Assembly: GCA_964016885.1 (NCBI GenBank)
Contig: OZ024741.1
Span: 308,946,001-309,010,000 of the forward strand
Direction: 5' to 3'
Source: Eledone cirrhosa
Lineage: Eukaryota
DNA length: 64,000 nt
The notes under the pieces were generated by a model. It had not been told where the DNA came from and searched no databases. It saw only the letters and a program-made list of their open reading frames with translations. Shown in pieces: positions 14,201 through 28,000 of this stretch; within the stretch, counting starts at the first letter, position 1, and each line of letters starts with the position of its first letter. Made by a program: the position numbers and the translations under genes.

Positions 14201-17200
14201 GTGTTGGTGGTGGCTATGGTGTTGGTGGTGGCTATGGTGTTGGTGGTGGCAGTGGTGTTGGTGGTGGTTATGGTGTTGGTGGTGGCTATGGTGTTGGTGG
14301 TGGCTATGGTGTTGGTGGTGGCTATGGTGTTGGTGGTGGTTATGGTGTTGGTGGTGGCTATGGTGTTGGTGGTGGCTATGGTGTTGGTGGTGGCTATGGT
14401 GTTGGTGGTGGCTATGGTGTTGGTGGTGGTTATGGTGTTGGTGGTGGCTATGGTGTTGGTGGTGGCTATGGTGTTGGTGGTGGCTATGGTGTTGGTGGTG
14501 GCTATGGTGGTGGTGGTGGCTATGGTGTTGGTGGTGGCTATGGTGTTGGTGGTGGCAATGGTGTTGGTGGTGGCTATGGTGTTGGTGGTGGCTATGGTGT
14601 TGGTGGTGGCTATGGTGTTGGTGGTGGTTATGGTGTTGGTGGTGGCTATGGTGTTGGTGGTGGCTATGGTGTTGATGGTGGCTATGGTGTTGGTGGTGGC
14701 TATGGTGTTGGTGGTGGCTATGGTGTTGGTGGTGGCTATGGTGTTGATGGTGGCTATGGTGTTGGTGGTGGCTATGGTGTTGGTGGTGGCTATGGTGTTG
14801 GTGGTGGCTATGGTGTTGGTGGTGGCAATGGTGTTGGTGGTAGCTATGGTGTTGGTGGTGGTTATGGTGTTGGTGGTGGCAATGGTGTTGGTGGTAGCTA
14901 TGGTGTTGGTGGTGGCAATGGTGTTGTGGTGGCTATGGTGTTGGTGGTGGCAATGGTGTTGGTGGTGGCAATGGTGTTGGTGGTAGCTATGGTGTTGGTG
15001 GTGGCAATGGTGTTGGTGGTGGCTATGGTGTTGGTGGTGGCAATGGTGTTGGTGGTGGCAATGGTGTTGTTGGTGGCTATGGTGTTGGTGGTGGTTATGG
15101 TGTTGGTGGTGGCAATGGTGTTGGTGGTAGCTATGGTGTTGGTGGTGGCAATGGTGTTGGTGGTGGCTATGGTGTTGGTGGTGGCAATGGTGTTGGTGGT
15201 GGCAATGGTGTTGGAGGTGGCAGTGGTGTTGGTGGTGGCAATGGTGTTGGTGGTGGCAATGGTGTTGGTGGTGGCAATGGTGTTGGTGGTAGCTATGGTG
15301 TTGGTGGTGGCAATGGTGTTGGTGGTGGCTATGGTGTTGGTGGTGGCAATGGGGTTGGTGGTGGCTATGGTGTTGGTGGTGGTTATGGTGTTGGTGGTGG
15401 CTATGGTGTTGGTGGTAGCTATGGTGTTGGTGGTGGCAATGGTGTTGGTGGTGGCTATGGTGTTGGTGGTGGCAATGGTGTTGGTGGTGGCAATGGTGTT
15501 GGTGGTAGCTATGGTGTTGGTGGTAGCTATGGTGTTGGTGGTGGCTATGGTGTTGGTGGTGGTTATGGTGTTGGTGGTGGCAATGGTGTTGGTGGTGGCT
15601 ATGGTGTTGGTGGTGGTTATGGTGTTGGTGGTGGCAATGGTGTTGGTGGTAGCTATGGTGTTGGTGGTGGCTATGGTGTTGGTGGTAGCTATGGTGTTGG
15701 TGGTAGCAATGGTGTTGGTGGTGGCAATGGTGTTGGTGGTGGCAATGGTGTTGGTGGTGGCAATGGTGTTGGTGGTGGCTATGGTGTTGGTGGTGGCAAT
15801 GGTGTTGGTGGTGGCAATGGTGTTGGTGGTGGCTATGGTGTTGGTGGTGGCAATGGTGTTGGTGGTGGCAATGGTGTTGGTGGTGGCTATGGTGTTGATG
15901 GTGGCTATGGTGTTGGTGGTGGCAATGGTGTTGGTGGTGGCAATGGTGTTGGTGGTGGCAATGGTGTTGGTGGTGGCAATGGTGTTGGTGGTAGCTAAGG
16001 TGTTGGTGGTGGTTATGGTGTTGGTGGTGGCAATGGTGTTGGTGGTGGCAATGGTGTTGGTGGTGGCAATGGTGTTGGTGGTGGCAATGGTGTTGGTGGT
16101 GGCAATGGTGTTGGTGGTGGCTATGGTGTTGGTGGTGGCAATGGTGTTGGTGGTGGCAATGGTGTTGGTGGTGGCTATGGTGTTGGTGGTGGCAATGGTG
16201 TTGGTGGTGGCAATGGTGTTGGTGGTGGCAATGGTGTTGGTGGTGGCAATGGTGTTGGTGGTGGCAATGGTGTTGGTGGTGGCTATGGTGTTGGTGGTGG
16301 CTATGGTGTTGGTGGTGGCAATGGTGTTGGTGGTGGCTATGGTGTTGGTGGTGGCAATGGTGTTGGTGGTGGCTATGGTGTTGATGGTGGCTATGGTGTT
16401 GGTGGTGGCAATGGTGTTGGTGGTGGCAATGGTGTTGGTGGTGGCTATGGTGTTGATGGTGGCTATGGTGTTGGTGGTGGCAATGGTGTTGGTGGTGGCA
16501 ATGGTGTTGGTGGTGGCAATGGTGTTGGTGGTGGCAATGGTGTTGGTGGTAGCTATGGTTTTGGTGGTGGTTATGGTGTTGGTGGTGGCAATGGTGTTGG
16601 TGGTGGCAATGGTGTTGGTGGTGGCAATGGTGTTGGTGGTGGCAATGGTGTTGGTGGTGGCAATGGTGTTGGTGGTGGCTATGGTGTTGGTGGTGGCAAT
16701 GGTGTTGGTGGTGGCAATGGTGTTGGTGGTGGCAATGGTGTTGGTGGTGGCAATGGTGTTGGTGGTGGCTATGGTGTTGATGGTGGCTATGGTGTTGGTG
16801 GTGGCAATGGTGTTGGTGGTGGCAATGGTGTTGGTGGTGGCAATGGTGTTGGTGGTGGCAATGGTGTTGGTGGTGGCAATGGTGTTGGTGGTGGCAATGG
16901 TGTTGGTGGTGGCAATGGTGTTGGTGGTGGCAATGGTGTTGGTGGTGGCTATGGTGTTGGTGGTGGCTATGGTGTTGGTGGTGGCTATGGTGTTGGTGGT
17001 GGCTATGGTGTTGGTGGTGGCAATGGTGTTGGTGGTGGCTATGGTGTTGATGGTGGCTATGGTGTTGGTGGTGGCAATGGTGTTGGTGGTGGCTATGGTG
17101 TTGGTGGTGGCAATGGTGTTGGTGGTGGCAATGGTGTTGGTGGTGGCTATGGTGTTGGTGGTGGCAATGGTGTTGGTGGTGGCAATGGTGTTGGTGGTGG

Positions 17201-20090
17201 CTATGGTGTTGATGGTGGCTATGGTGTTGGTGGTGGCAATGGTGTTGGTGGTGGCAATGGTGTTGGTGGTGGCAATGGTGTTGGTGGTAGCTATGGTGTT
17301 GGTGGTGGCTATGGTGTTGGTGGTGGCAATGGTGCTGGTGGTGGCAATGGTGTTGGTGGTGGCTATGGTGTTGGTGGTGGCTATGGTGTTGGTGGTGGCT
17401 ATGGTGTTGGTGGTAGCAATGGTGTTGGTGGTGGCTATGGTGTTGGTGGTGGCAATGGTGTTGGTGGTGGCAATGGTGTTGGTGGTGGCAATGGTGTTGG
17501 TGGTGGCTATGGTGTTGGTGGTGGCAATGGTGTTGGTGGTGGCAATGGTGTTGGTGGTGGCTATGGTGTTGGTGGTGGCTATGGTGTTGGTGGTGGCTAT
17601 GGTGTTGGTGGTGGTTATGGTGTTGGTGGTGGCAATGGTGTTGGTGGTGTTTATGGTGTTGGTGGTGGCAATGGTGTTGGTGGTGGCTATGTTGTTGGTG
17701 GTGGTTATGGTGTTGGTGGTGGCTATGGTGTTGGTGGTGGCTATGGTGTTGGTGGTGGTTATGGTGTTGGTGGTGGCTATGGTGTTGGTGGTGGCTATGG
17801 TGTTGGTGGTGGCAATGGTGTTGGTGGTGGCAATGGTGTTGGTGGTGGCTATGGTGTTGGTGGTGGCAATGGTGTTGGTGGTGGCAATGGTGTTGGTGGT
17901 GGCAATGGTGTTGGTGGTGGTTATGGTGTTGGTGGTGGCTATGGTGTTGGTGGTGGCTATGGTGTTGGTGGTGGTTATGGTGTTGGTGGTGGCTATGGTG
18001 TTGGTGGTGGCTATGGTGTTGGTGGTGGCAATGGTGTTGGTGGTGGCAATGGTGTTGGTGGTGGCTATGGTGTTGGTGGTGGCAATGGTGTTGGTGGTGG
18101 CAATGGTGTTGGTGGTGGCAATGGTGTTGGTGGTGGTTATGGTGTTGGTGGTGGCTATGGTGTTGGTGGTGGCTATGGTGTTGGTGGTGGTTATGGTGTT
18201 GGTGGTGGCTATGGTGTTGGTGGTGGCTATGGTGTTGGTGGTGGCAATGGTGTTGGTGGTGGCAATGGTGTTGGTGGTGGCTATGGTGTTGGTGGTGGCA
18301 ATGGTGTTGGTGGTGACAATGGTGTTGGTGGTATCTATGGTGTTGGTGGTGGCTATGGTGTTGGTGGTGGCAATGGTGTTGGTGGTGGTTATGGTGTTGG
18401 TGGTGGCTATGGTGTTGGTGGTGGCTATGGTGTTGGTGGTGGTTATGGTGTTGGTGGTGGCTATGGTGTTGGTGGTGGCTATGGTGTTGGTGGTGGCAAT
18501 GGTGTTGGTGGTAGCAATGGTGTTGGTGGTGGCAATGGTGTTGGTGGTGGCTATGGTGTTGGTGGTGGCAATGGTGTTGGTGGTGGCAATGGTGTTGGTG
18601 GTGGTTATGGTGTTGGTGGTGGCAATGGTGTTGGTGGTGGTTATGGTGTTGGTGGTGGCTATGGTGTTGGTGGTGGCAATGGTGTTGGTGGTGGTTATGG
18701 TGTTGGTGGTGGCTATGGTGTTGGTGGTGGCAATGGTGTTGGTGGTGGCAATGGTGTTGGTGGTGGCTATGGTGTTGGTGGTGGCTATGGTGTTGGTGGT
18801 GGCAATGGTGTTGGTGGTGGTTATGGTGTTGGTGGTGGCAATGGTGTTGGTGGTAGCAATGGTGTTGGTGGTGGCTATGGTGTTGGTGGTGGTTATGGTG
18901 TTGGTGGTGGCTATGGTGTTGGTGGTGGCTATGGTGTTGGTGGTGGCAATGGTGTTGGTGGTGGCAATGGTGTTGGTGGTGGCTATGGTGTTGGTGGTGG
19001 CAATGGTGTTGGTGGTGGCAATGGTGTTGGTGGTGGCAATGGTGTTGGTGGTGGTTATGGTGTTGGTGGTGGCTATGGTGTTGGTGGTGGCTATGGTGTT
19101 GGTGGTGGTTATGGTGTTGGTGGTGGCTATGGTGTTGGTGGTGGCTATGGTGTTGGTGGTGGCAATGGTGTTGGTGGTGGCAATGGTGTTGGTGGTGGCT
19201 ATGGTGTTGGTGGTGGCAATGGTGTTGGTGGTGGCAATGGTGTTGGTGGTGGCAATGGTGTTGGTGGTGGTTATGGTGTTGGTGGTGGCTATGGTGTTGG
19301 TGGTGGCTATGGTGTTGGTGGTGGTTATGGTGTTGGTGGTGGCTATGGTGTTGGTGGTGGCTATGGTGTTGGTGGTGGCAATGGTGTTGGTGGTGGCAAT
19401 GGTGTTGGTGGTGGCTATGGTGTTGGTGGTGGCAATGGTGTTGGTGGTGGCAATGGTGTTGGTGGTATCTATGGTGTTGGTGGTGGCTATGGTGTTGGTG
19501 GTGGCAATGGTGTTGGTGGTGGTTATGGTGTTGGTGGTGGCTATGGTGTTGGTGGTGGCTATGGTGTTGGTGGTGGTTATGGTGTTGGTGGTGGCTATGG
19601 TGTTGGTGGTGGCTATGGTGTTGGTGGTGGCAATGGTGTTGGTGGTAGCAATGGTGTTGGTGGTGGCAATGGTGTTGGTGGTGGCTATGGTGTTGGTGGT
19701 GGCAATGGTGTTGGTGGTGGCAATGGTGTTGGTGGTGGTTATGGTGTTGGTGGTGGCAATGGTGTTGGTGGTGGTTATGGTGTTGGTGGTGGCTATGGTG
19801 TTGGTGGTGGCAATGGTGTTGGTGGTGGTTATGGTGTTGGTGGTGGCTATGTTGTTGGTGGTGGCAATGGTGTTGGTGGTGGCAATGGTGTTGGTGGTGG
19901 CTATGGTGTTGGTGGTGGCTATGGTGTTGGTGGTGGCAATGGTGTTGGTGGTGGTTATGGTGTTGGTGGTGGCAATGGTGTTGGTGGTAGCAATGGTGTT
20001 GGTGGTGGCAATGGTGTTGGTGGTAGCTATGGTGTTGGTGGTGGCAATGGTGTTGGTGGTGGCAATGGTGTTGGTGGTGGCAATGGTGTG
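8221..20090. repeat. 18-bp tandem array GGTGTTGGTGGTGGC(T/A)AT, ~660 copies
   Basis: Directly visible. Reads GVGGG(Y/N) on +, or TNTIAT on -. Confidence 0.97.
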
Positions 20091-23000
20091 GATGGTGGCT
20101 ATGGTGTTGGTGTTGTTGATGGTGGCAATAGTGTTGGTGTTGTTGATGGTGGCAATAGTGTTGGTGTTGTTGATGGTGGCAATAGTGTTGGGGTTGATGG
20201 TGGCAATAGTGTTGGTGTTGTTGATGGTGGCTATAGTGTTGGTGGTGTTGATGGTGGCAATAGTGTTGGTGTCGTTGATGGTGGCTATAGTGTTGGTGGT
20301 GTTGATGGTGGCAATAGTGTTGGTGTTGATGGTGATGGCAATAGTGTTGGTGTTGTTGATGGTGGCAATAGTGTTGGTGTTGTTGATGGTGGCAATAGTG
20401 TTGGTGTTGTTGATGGTGGCAATAGTGTTGATGGTGTTGATGGTGGCAATAGTGTTGGTGTTGTTGATGGTGGCAATAGTGTTGGTGTTGTTGATGGTGG
20501 CAATAGTGATGGTGTTGTTGATGGTGGCAATAGTGTTGGTGTTGTTGATGGTGGCAATAGTGTTGGTGTTGTTGATGGTTGCAATAGTGTTGGTGTTGTT
20601 GCTGGTGGCAATAGTGTTGGTGTTGATGGTGGCAATAGTGTTGGTGGTGTTGATGGTGGCAATAGTGTTGGTGTTGTTGATGGTGGCTATAGTGTTGGTG
20701 TTGTTGATGGTGGCAATAGTGTTGGTGTTGTTGATGGTGGCAATAGTGTTGATGGTGTTGATGGTGGCAATAGTGTTGGTGTTGTTGATGGTGGCAATAG
20801 TGTTGGTGTTGTTGATGGTGGCAATAGTGATGGTGTTGTTGATGGTGGCTATAGTGTTGGTGTTGTCGATGGTGGCAATAGTGTTGGTGGTGTTGATGGT
20901 GGCTATAGTGTTGGTGTTGTTGATGGTGGCAATAGTGATGGTGTTGTTGATGGTGGCTATAGTGTTGATGGTGTTGATGGTGGCAATAGTGATGGTGTTG
21001 TTGATGGTGGCTATAGTGTTGATGGTGTTGATGGTGGCAATAGTATTGGTGTTGTTGATGGTGGGAATAGTGTTGGTGTTGTTGATGGTGGCTATAGTGT
21101 TGATGGTGTTGATGGTGGCAATAGTGATGGTGTTGTTGATGGTGGCAATAGTGTTGGTGTTGTTGATGCTGGCAATAGTGTTGGTGTTGTTGATGGTGGC
21201 GATAGTGTTGGTGTCGTTGATGGTGGCTATAGTGTTGGTGGTGTTGATGGTGGCAATAGTGTTGATGGTGTTGATGGTGGCAATAGTGATGGTGTTGTTG
21301 ATGTGGGCAATAGTGTTGGTGTTGTTGATGGTGGCAATAGTGTTGGTGTTATTGATGGTGGCAATAGTGTTGGTGGTGTTGATGGTGGCAATAGTGTTGG
21401 TGTTGATGGTGATGACAATAGTGTTGGTGTTGTTGATGGTGGCAATAGTGTTGGTGTTGTTGATGGTGGCAATAGTGTTGATGGTGTTGATGGTGGCAAT
21501 AGTGTTGGTGTTGTTGATGGTGCCAATAGTGTTGGTGTTGTTGATGGTGGCAATAGTGTTGGTGTTGTTGATGGTGGCAATAGTGTTGGTGTTGATGGTG
21601 GCAATAGTGTTGGTGTTGTTGATGGTGGCAATAGTGTTGGTGTTGATGGTGGCAATAGTGTTGGTGTTGTTGATGGTGGCTATAGTGTTGATGGTGTTGA
21701 TGGTGGCAATAGTGATGGTGTTGTTGATGTGGGCAATAGTGTTGGTGTTGTTGATGGTGGCAATAGTGTTGGTGTTGTTGATGGTGGCAATAGTGTTGGT
21801 ATTGTTGATAGGTGGCAATAGTGTTGGTGTTGTTGATGGTGGCAATAGTGTTGATGTTGTTGATGGTGGCAATACTTTTGGTGTTGATGCTGGCAATAGT
21901 GTTGGTGTTGTTGATGGTGGCAATAGTGTTGATGGTGTTGATGGTGGCAATAGTGTTGGTGTTGTTGATGGTGGCAATAGTGTTGATGGTGTTGATGGTG
22001 GCTATAGTGTTGGTGTTGTTGATGTTGGCAATAGTGTTGGTGTTGTTGATGGTGGCAATAGTGTTGGTGTTGTTGATGGTGGCAATAGTGCTGGTGGTGT
22101 TGATGGTGGCAATAGTGTTGGTGTTGATGGTGGCAATAGTGTTGGTGTTGTTGATGGTGGCAATAGTGTTGGTGTTGTTACTGGTGGCAATATTATTGGT
22201 GTTGGTGATGGTGGCAATAGTGTTGATGGTGTTGATGGTGGCAATAGTGTTGGTGTTGATGGTGGCAATAGTGTTGGTGTTGTTGATGGTGGCAATAGTG
22301 TTGGTGTTGTTGATGGTGGGAATAGTGTTGGTGTTGTTGATGGTGGCTATAGTGTTGATGGTGTTGATGGTGGCAATAGTGATGGTGTTGTTGATGGTGG
22401 CAATAGTGTTGGTGTTGTTGATGGTGGCAATAGTGTTGGTGTTGGTGATGGTGGCAAGAGTATTGGTGTTGTTGATGGTGGCAATAGTGTTGGTGTTGTT
22501 GATGGTGGCAATAGTGTTGGTGTCGTTGATGGTGGCAATAGTATTGGTGTTGTTGATGGTGGGAATAGTGTTGGTGTTGTTGATGGTGGCTATAGTGTTG
22601 ATGGTGTTGATGGTGGCAATAGTGTTGGTGTTGTTGATGGTGGCAATAGTGTTGGTGTTGTTGATGGTGGCAATAGTGTTGGTGTTGTTGATGGTGGGAA
22701 TAGTGTTGGTGTTGTTGATGGTGGCTATAGTGTTGATGGTGTTGATGGTGGCAATAGTGATGGTGTTGTTGATGGTGGCAATGGTGTTGGTGTTGTTGAT
22801 GGTGGCAATAGTGTTGGTGTTGTTGATGGTGGCAATAGTGTTGGTGGTGTTGATGGTGGCAATAGTGTTGGTGTTGATGGTGATGACAATAGTGTTGGTG
22901 TTGTTGATGGTGGCAATAGTGTTGGTGTTGTTGATGGTGGCAATAGTGTTGATGGTGTTGATGGTGGCAATAGTGTTGGTGTTGTTGATGGTGCCAATAG

Positions 23001-24900
23001 TGTTGGTGTTGTTGATGGTGGCAATAGTGTTGGTGGTGTTGATGGTGGCAATAGTGTTGGTGTTGATGGTGGCAATAGTGTTGGTGTTGTTGATGGTGGC
23101 AATAGTGTTGGTGGTGTTGATGGTGGCAATAGTGTTGGTGTTGATGGTGATGACAATAGTGTTGGTGTTGTTGATGGTGGCAATAGTGTTGGTGTTGTTG
23201 ATGGTGGCAATAGTGTTGATGGTGTTGATGGTGGCAATAGTGTTGGTGTTGTTGATGGTGCCAATAGTGTTGGTGTTGTTGATGGTGGCAATAGTGTTGG
23301 TGGTGTTGATGGTGGCTATAGTGTTGGTGTTGTTGATGGTGGCAATAGTGTTGATGGTGTTGTTGATGGTGGCAATAGTGTTGGTATTGTTGATGGTGGC
23401 AATAGTGTTGGTGTTGTTGATGGTGGCAATAGTGTTGGTCTTGTTGATGGTGGCAATAGTGTTGGTGTTGTTGATGGTGGCTATAGTGTTGGTGTTGTTG
23501 ATGGTGGCAATAGTGTTGGTGTTGTTGATGGTGGCAATAGTGTTGGTGTTGTTGATGGTGGCAATAGTGTTGGTGTTGTTGATGGTTGCAATAGTGTTGG
23601 TGTTGTTGATGGTGGCTATAGTGTTGATGGTGTTGATGGTGGCAATAGTGTTGGTGTTGTTGATGGTGGCAATAGTGTTGGTGTTGTTGATGGTGGCAAT
23701 AGTGTTGGTGTTGTTGATGGTGGCAATAGTGTTGGTCTTGTTGATGGTGGCAATAGTGTTGGTGTTGTTGATGGTGGCAATAGTGTTGGTGTTGTTGATG
23801 GTGGCAATAGTGTTGGTGTTGTTGATGGTGGCAATAGTGTTGGTGTTGTTGATGGTGGCAATAGTGTTGGTCTTGTTGATGGTGGCAATAGTGTTGGTGT
23901 TGTTGATGGTGGCAATAGTGTTGGTGTTGTTGATGGTGGCTATAGTGTTGATGGTGTTGATGGTGGCAATAGTGTTGGTGTTGTTGATGGTGGCAATAGT
24001 GTTGGTATTGTTGATAGGTGGCAATAGTGTTGGTGTTGTTGATGGTGGCAATAGTGTTGGTGTTGTTGATGGTGGCAATAGTGTTGGTGTTGTTGATGGT
24101 GGCAATAGTGTTGGTGTTGTTGATGGTGGCAATAGTGTTGGTGTTGTTGATGGTGGCAATAGTGTTGGTCTTGTTGATGGTGGCAATAGTGTTGGTGTTG
24201 TTGATGGTGGCAATAGTGTTGGTGTTGTTGATGGTGGCAATAGTGTTGGTGTTGTTGATGGTGGCAATAGTGTTGGTGTTGTTGATGGTGGCAATAGTGT
24301 TGGTCTTGTTGATGGTGGCAATAGTGTTGGTGTTGTTGATGGTGGCAATAGTGTTGGTGTTGTTGATGGTGGCTATAGTGTTGATGGTGTTGATGGTGGC
24401 AATAGTGTTGGTGTTGTTACTGGTGGCAATATTATTGGTGTTGGTGATGGTGGCAATAGTGTTGATGGTGTTGATGGTGGCAATAGTGTTGGTGTTGTTG
24501 ATGGTGGCAATAGTGTTGGTGTTGATGGTGGCAATAGTGTTGATGTTGTTGATGGTGGCAATACTTTTGGTGTTGATGCTGGCAATAGTGTTGGTGTTGT
24601 TGATGGTGGCAATAGTGTTGATGGTGTTGATGGTGGCAATAGTGTTGGTGTTGTTGATGGTGGCAATAGTGTTGATGGTGTTGATGGTGGCAATAGTGTT
24701 GGTGTTGTTACTGGTGGCAATATTATTGGTGTTGGTGATGGTGGCAATAGTGTTGATGGTGTTGATGGTGGCAATAGTGTTGGTGTTGGTGATGGTGGCA
24801 AGAGTATTGGTGTTGTTGATGGTGCAATAGTGCTGTTGTTGGTGATGGTGGCAAGAGTATTGGTGGTGTTGATGGTGCAATAGTGTTGGTGTTGATGTTG
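20091..24900. repeat. 27-bp tandem array AGTGTTGGTGTTGTTGATGGTGGCAAT, ~180 copies
   Basis: Directly visible. Reads SVGVVDGGN on +, or IATINNTNT on -. Confidence 0.97.
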
Positions 24901-25049
24901 TTGATGCTTATAGTGGCAATGGTGGTCGTGTTGATGGTGTTGATGTTTGCTATGGTGTTGGAGGTAGTGGTGCTGATAGTGGCTATGGAGTTGGCATTGG
25001 TGATGTTCATGGTGGCAATGGTGTTTGTGTTGTCGTTGATGGTGGTGAG

Positions 25050-28000
25050 GTGGCAATGGTATTGCTGTTGTTGCTGACCATGATGATGGTGGTGATAGTG
25101 GTAATGGTATTGCTGTTGTTGCTGATGTCCATGGTGGTGATGGTTGTAATGGTATTGCTGTTATTGCTGTCGTTGATGGTGGTGATGGTGGTAATGGTAT
25201 TGCTGTTGTTGCTGATGTTGATGGTGGTGGTGATGGTGGTGATGGTATTGGTGTTGTTGTTGACGTTGATGGTGGTGGTGATGGTGGTAATGGTATTGGT
25301 GTTGTTGCTGACGTTGATGGTGGGGATGGTGGTAATGATATTGCTGTTGTTGCTGACGTTGATGGTGGTGATGGTGGTAATGCTATTGGTGTTGTTGCTG
25401 ACGTTGATGGTGGTGATGTTGTTAATGGTATTGGTGTTGTCGCTGACGTTGATGGTGGTGATGGTGGTAATGGTATTGGTGTTGTTGCTGACGTTGATGG
25501 TGGTGATGGTGGTAATGGTATTGGTGTTGTTGTTGACGTTGATGGTGGTGATGGTGGTAATGGTATTGGTGTTGTTGCTGACGTTGATGGTGGTGATGGT
25601 GGTAATGGTATTAGTGTTGTTGCTGAGGTTGATGGTGGTGATGGTGGTAATGGTGTTGGTGTTGTCGCTGATGTTGATGGTGGTGATGGTGGTAATGTTA
25701 TTGGTGTTGTTGTTGACGTTGATGGTGGTGATGGTGGTAATGGTGTTGGTGTTGTTGCTGATGTTGATGATGGTGATGGTGGTAATGGTATTGGTGTTGT
25801 TATTGACGTTGATGGTGGTGATGGTGGTAATGGTATTGGTGTTGTTGTTGACGTTGATGGTGGTGATGGTGGTAATGGTATTGGTGTTGTCGCTGATGTT
25901 GATGGTGGTGGTGATGGTGGTAATGGTATTGGTGTTGTCTTTGACGTTGATGGTGGCGATGGTGGTAATGGTATTGGTGTTGTTGTTGACGTTGGTGGTG
26001 GTGATGGTGCTATTGGTATTGCTGGTGTCGCTGACGTTGGTGGTGGTGATGGTGGTAATGGTATTGGTGTTGTTGTTGACGTTGGTGGTGGTGATGGTGG
26101 TAATGGTATTGGTGTTGTTGTTGACGTTGATGGTGGTCATGGTGGTAATGGTATTGGTGTTGTTGCTGATGTTGATGGTGGTGATGGTGTTAATGGTATT
26201 GGTGTTGTCGCTGATGTTGATGGTGGAAATGGTATTGGTGTTGTTGCTGACGTTGATGGTGGTGGTGTTGGTGGTAATGGTATTGGTGTTGTTGTTGACG
26301 TTGATGGTGGTGATGGTGGAAATGGTATTGGTGTTGTCGCTGATGTTGATGGTGGTGGTGATGGTGGTAATGGTATTGGTGTTGTCGCTGACGTTGATGG
26401 TGGTGATGGTGGTAATGGTATTGGTGTTGTTGTTGACGTTGATGGTGGTGATGGTGGTAATGGTATTGGTGTTATTGCTGTCGTTGATGGTGGTGATGGT
26501 GGTAATGGTATTGCTGCTGTTGCTGATGTTGATGGTGGCAATGGTGTTTGTGTTGTCGTTGATGGTGGTGATGGTGGCAATTGTATTGCTGTTGTTGCTG
26601 ACCATGATGATGGTGGTGATAGTGGTAATGGTATTGCTGTTGTTGCTGATGTCCATGGTGGTGATGGTTGTAATGGTATTGCTGTTATTGCTGTCGTTGA
26701 TGGTGGTGATGGTGGTAATGGTATTGCTGTTGTTGCTGATGTTGATGGTGGTGGTGATGGTGGTGATGGTATTGGTGTTGTTGTTGACGTTGATGGTGGT
26801 GATGGTGGTAATGGTGTTGGTGTTGTTGTTGACGTTAATGGTGGTGATGGTGGTCATGGTATTGGTGTTGTCGCTGATGTTGATGGTGGTGGTGATGGTG
26901 GTAATGGTATTGGTGTTGTTGCTGATGTTGATGGAGGTGATGGTGTTAATGGTATTGGTGTTGTTGCTGACGTTGATGGTGGTGATGGTGTTAATGGTAT
27001 TGGTGTTGTCGCTGATGTTGATGGTGGAAATGGTATTGGTGTTGTTGCTGACGTTGATGGTGGTGGTGTTGCTGGTAATGGTATTGGTGTTGTTGTTGAC
27101 GTTGATGGTGGTGATGGTCGTAATGGTATTGCTGTTGTTGCTGACGTTGATGGTGGTGATGGTGGTAATGGTATTGGTGTTGTTGCTGATGTTGATGGTG
27201 GTGATGGTGTTAATGGTATTGGTGTTGTCGCTGATGTTGATGGTGGTGGTGATGGTGGTAATGGTATTGGTGTTGTCGCTGACGTTGATGGTGGTGATGG
27301 TGGTAATGGTATTGGTGTTGTTGTTGACGTTGATGGTGGTGATGGTGGTAATGGTATTGGTGTTGTTGCTGATGTTGATGGTGGTGATGGTGGTAATGGT
27401 ATTGGTGTTGTCGCTGACGTTGATGGTGGTGATGGTGGTAATGGTATCGGTGTTGTCGCTGATGTTGATGGTGGTGATGGTGGTAATGGTATTGGTGTTG
27501 TCGCTGACGTTGATGGTGGTGATGGTGGTAATGGTATTGGTGTTGTTGCTGACGTTGATGGTGGTGGTGATAGGTGGTAATGGTATTGGTGTTGTTGCTG
27601 ACGTTGGTGGTGGTAATGGTGGTAATGGTATTGGTGTTGTTGCTGATGTTGATGGTGGTGGTGGTGGTAATGGTATTGGTGTTGTTGCTGATGTTGATGG
27701 TGGTGATGGTGGTAATGGTATTGCTGTTGTTGCTGATGTTGATGGTGGTGATGGTGATAATGGTATTGCTGTTGTTGCTGATGTTGATGGTGGTGATGGT
27801 GGAAATGGTATTGGTGTTGTCGCTGACGTTGATGGTGGTGATGGTGGTAATGGTATTGGTGTTGTTGTTGATGTTGATGGTGGTGATGGTCGTAATGGTA
27901 TTGCTGGTGTTGCTGATGTTGATGGTGGTGATGGTGATAATGGTATTGGTGTTGTTGCTGATGTTGATGGTGGTGATGGTGGTAATGGTATTGGTGTTGT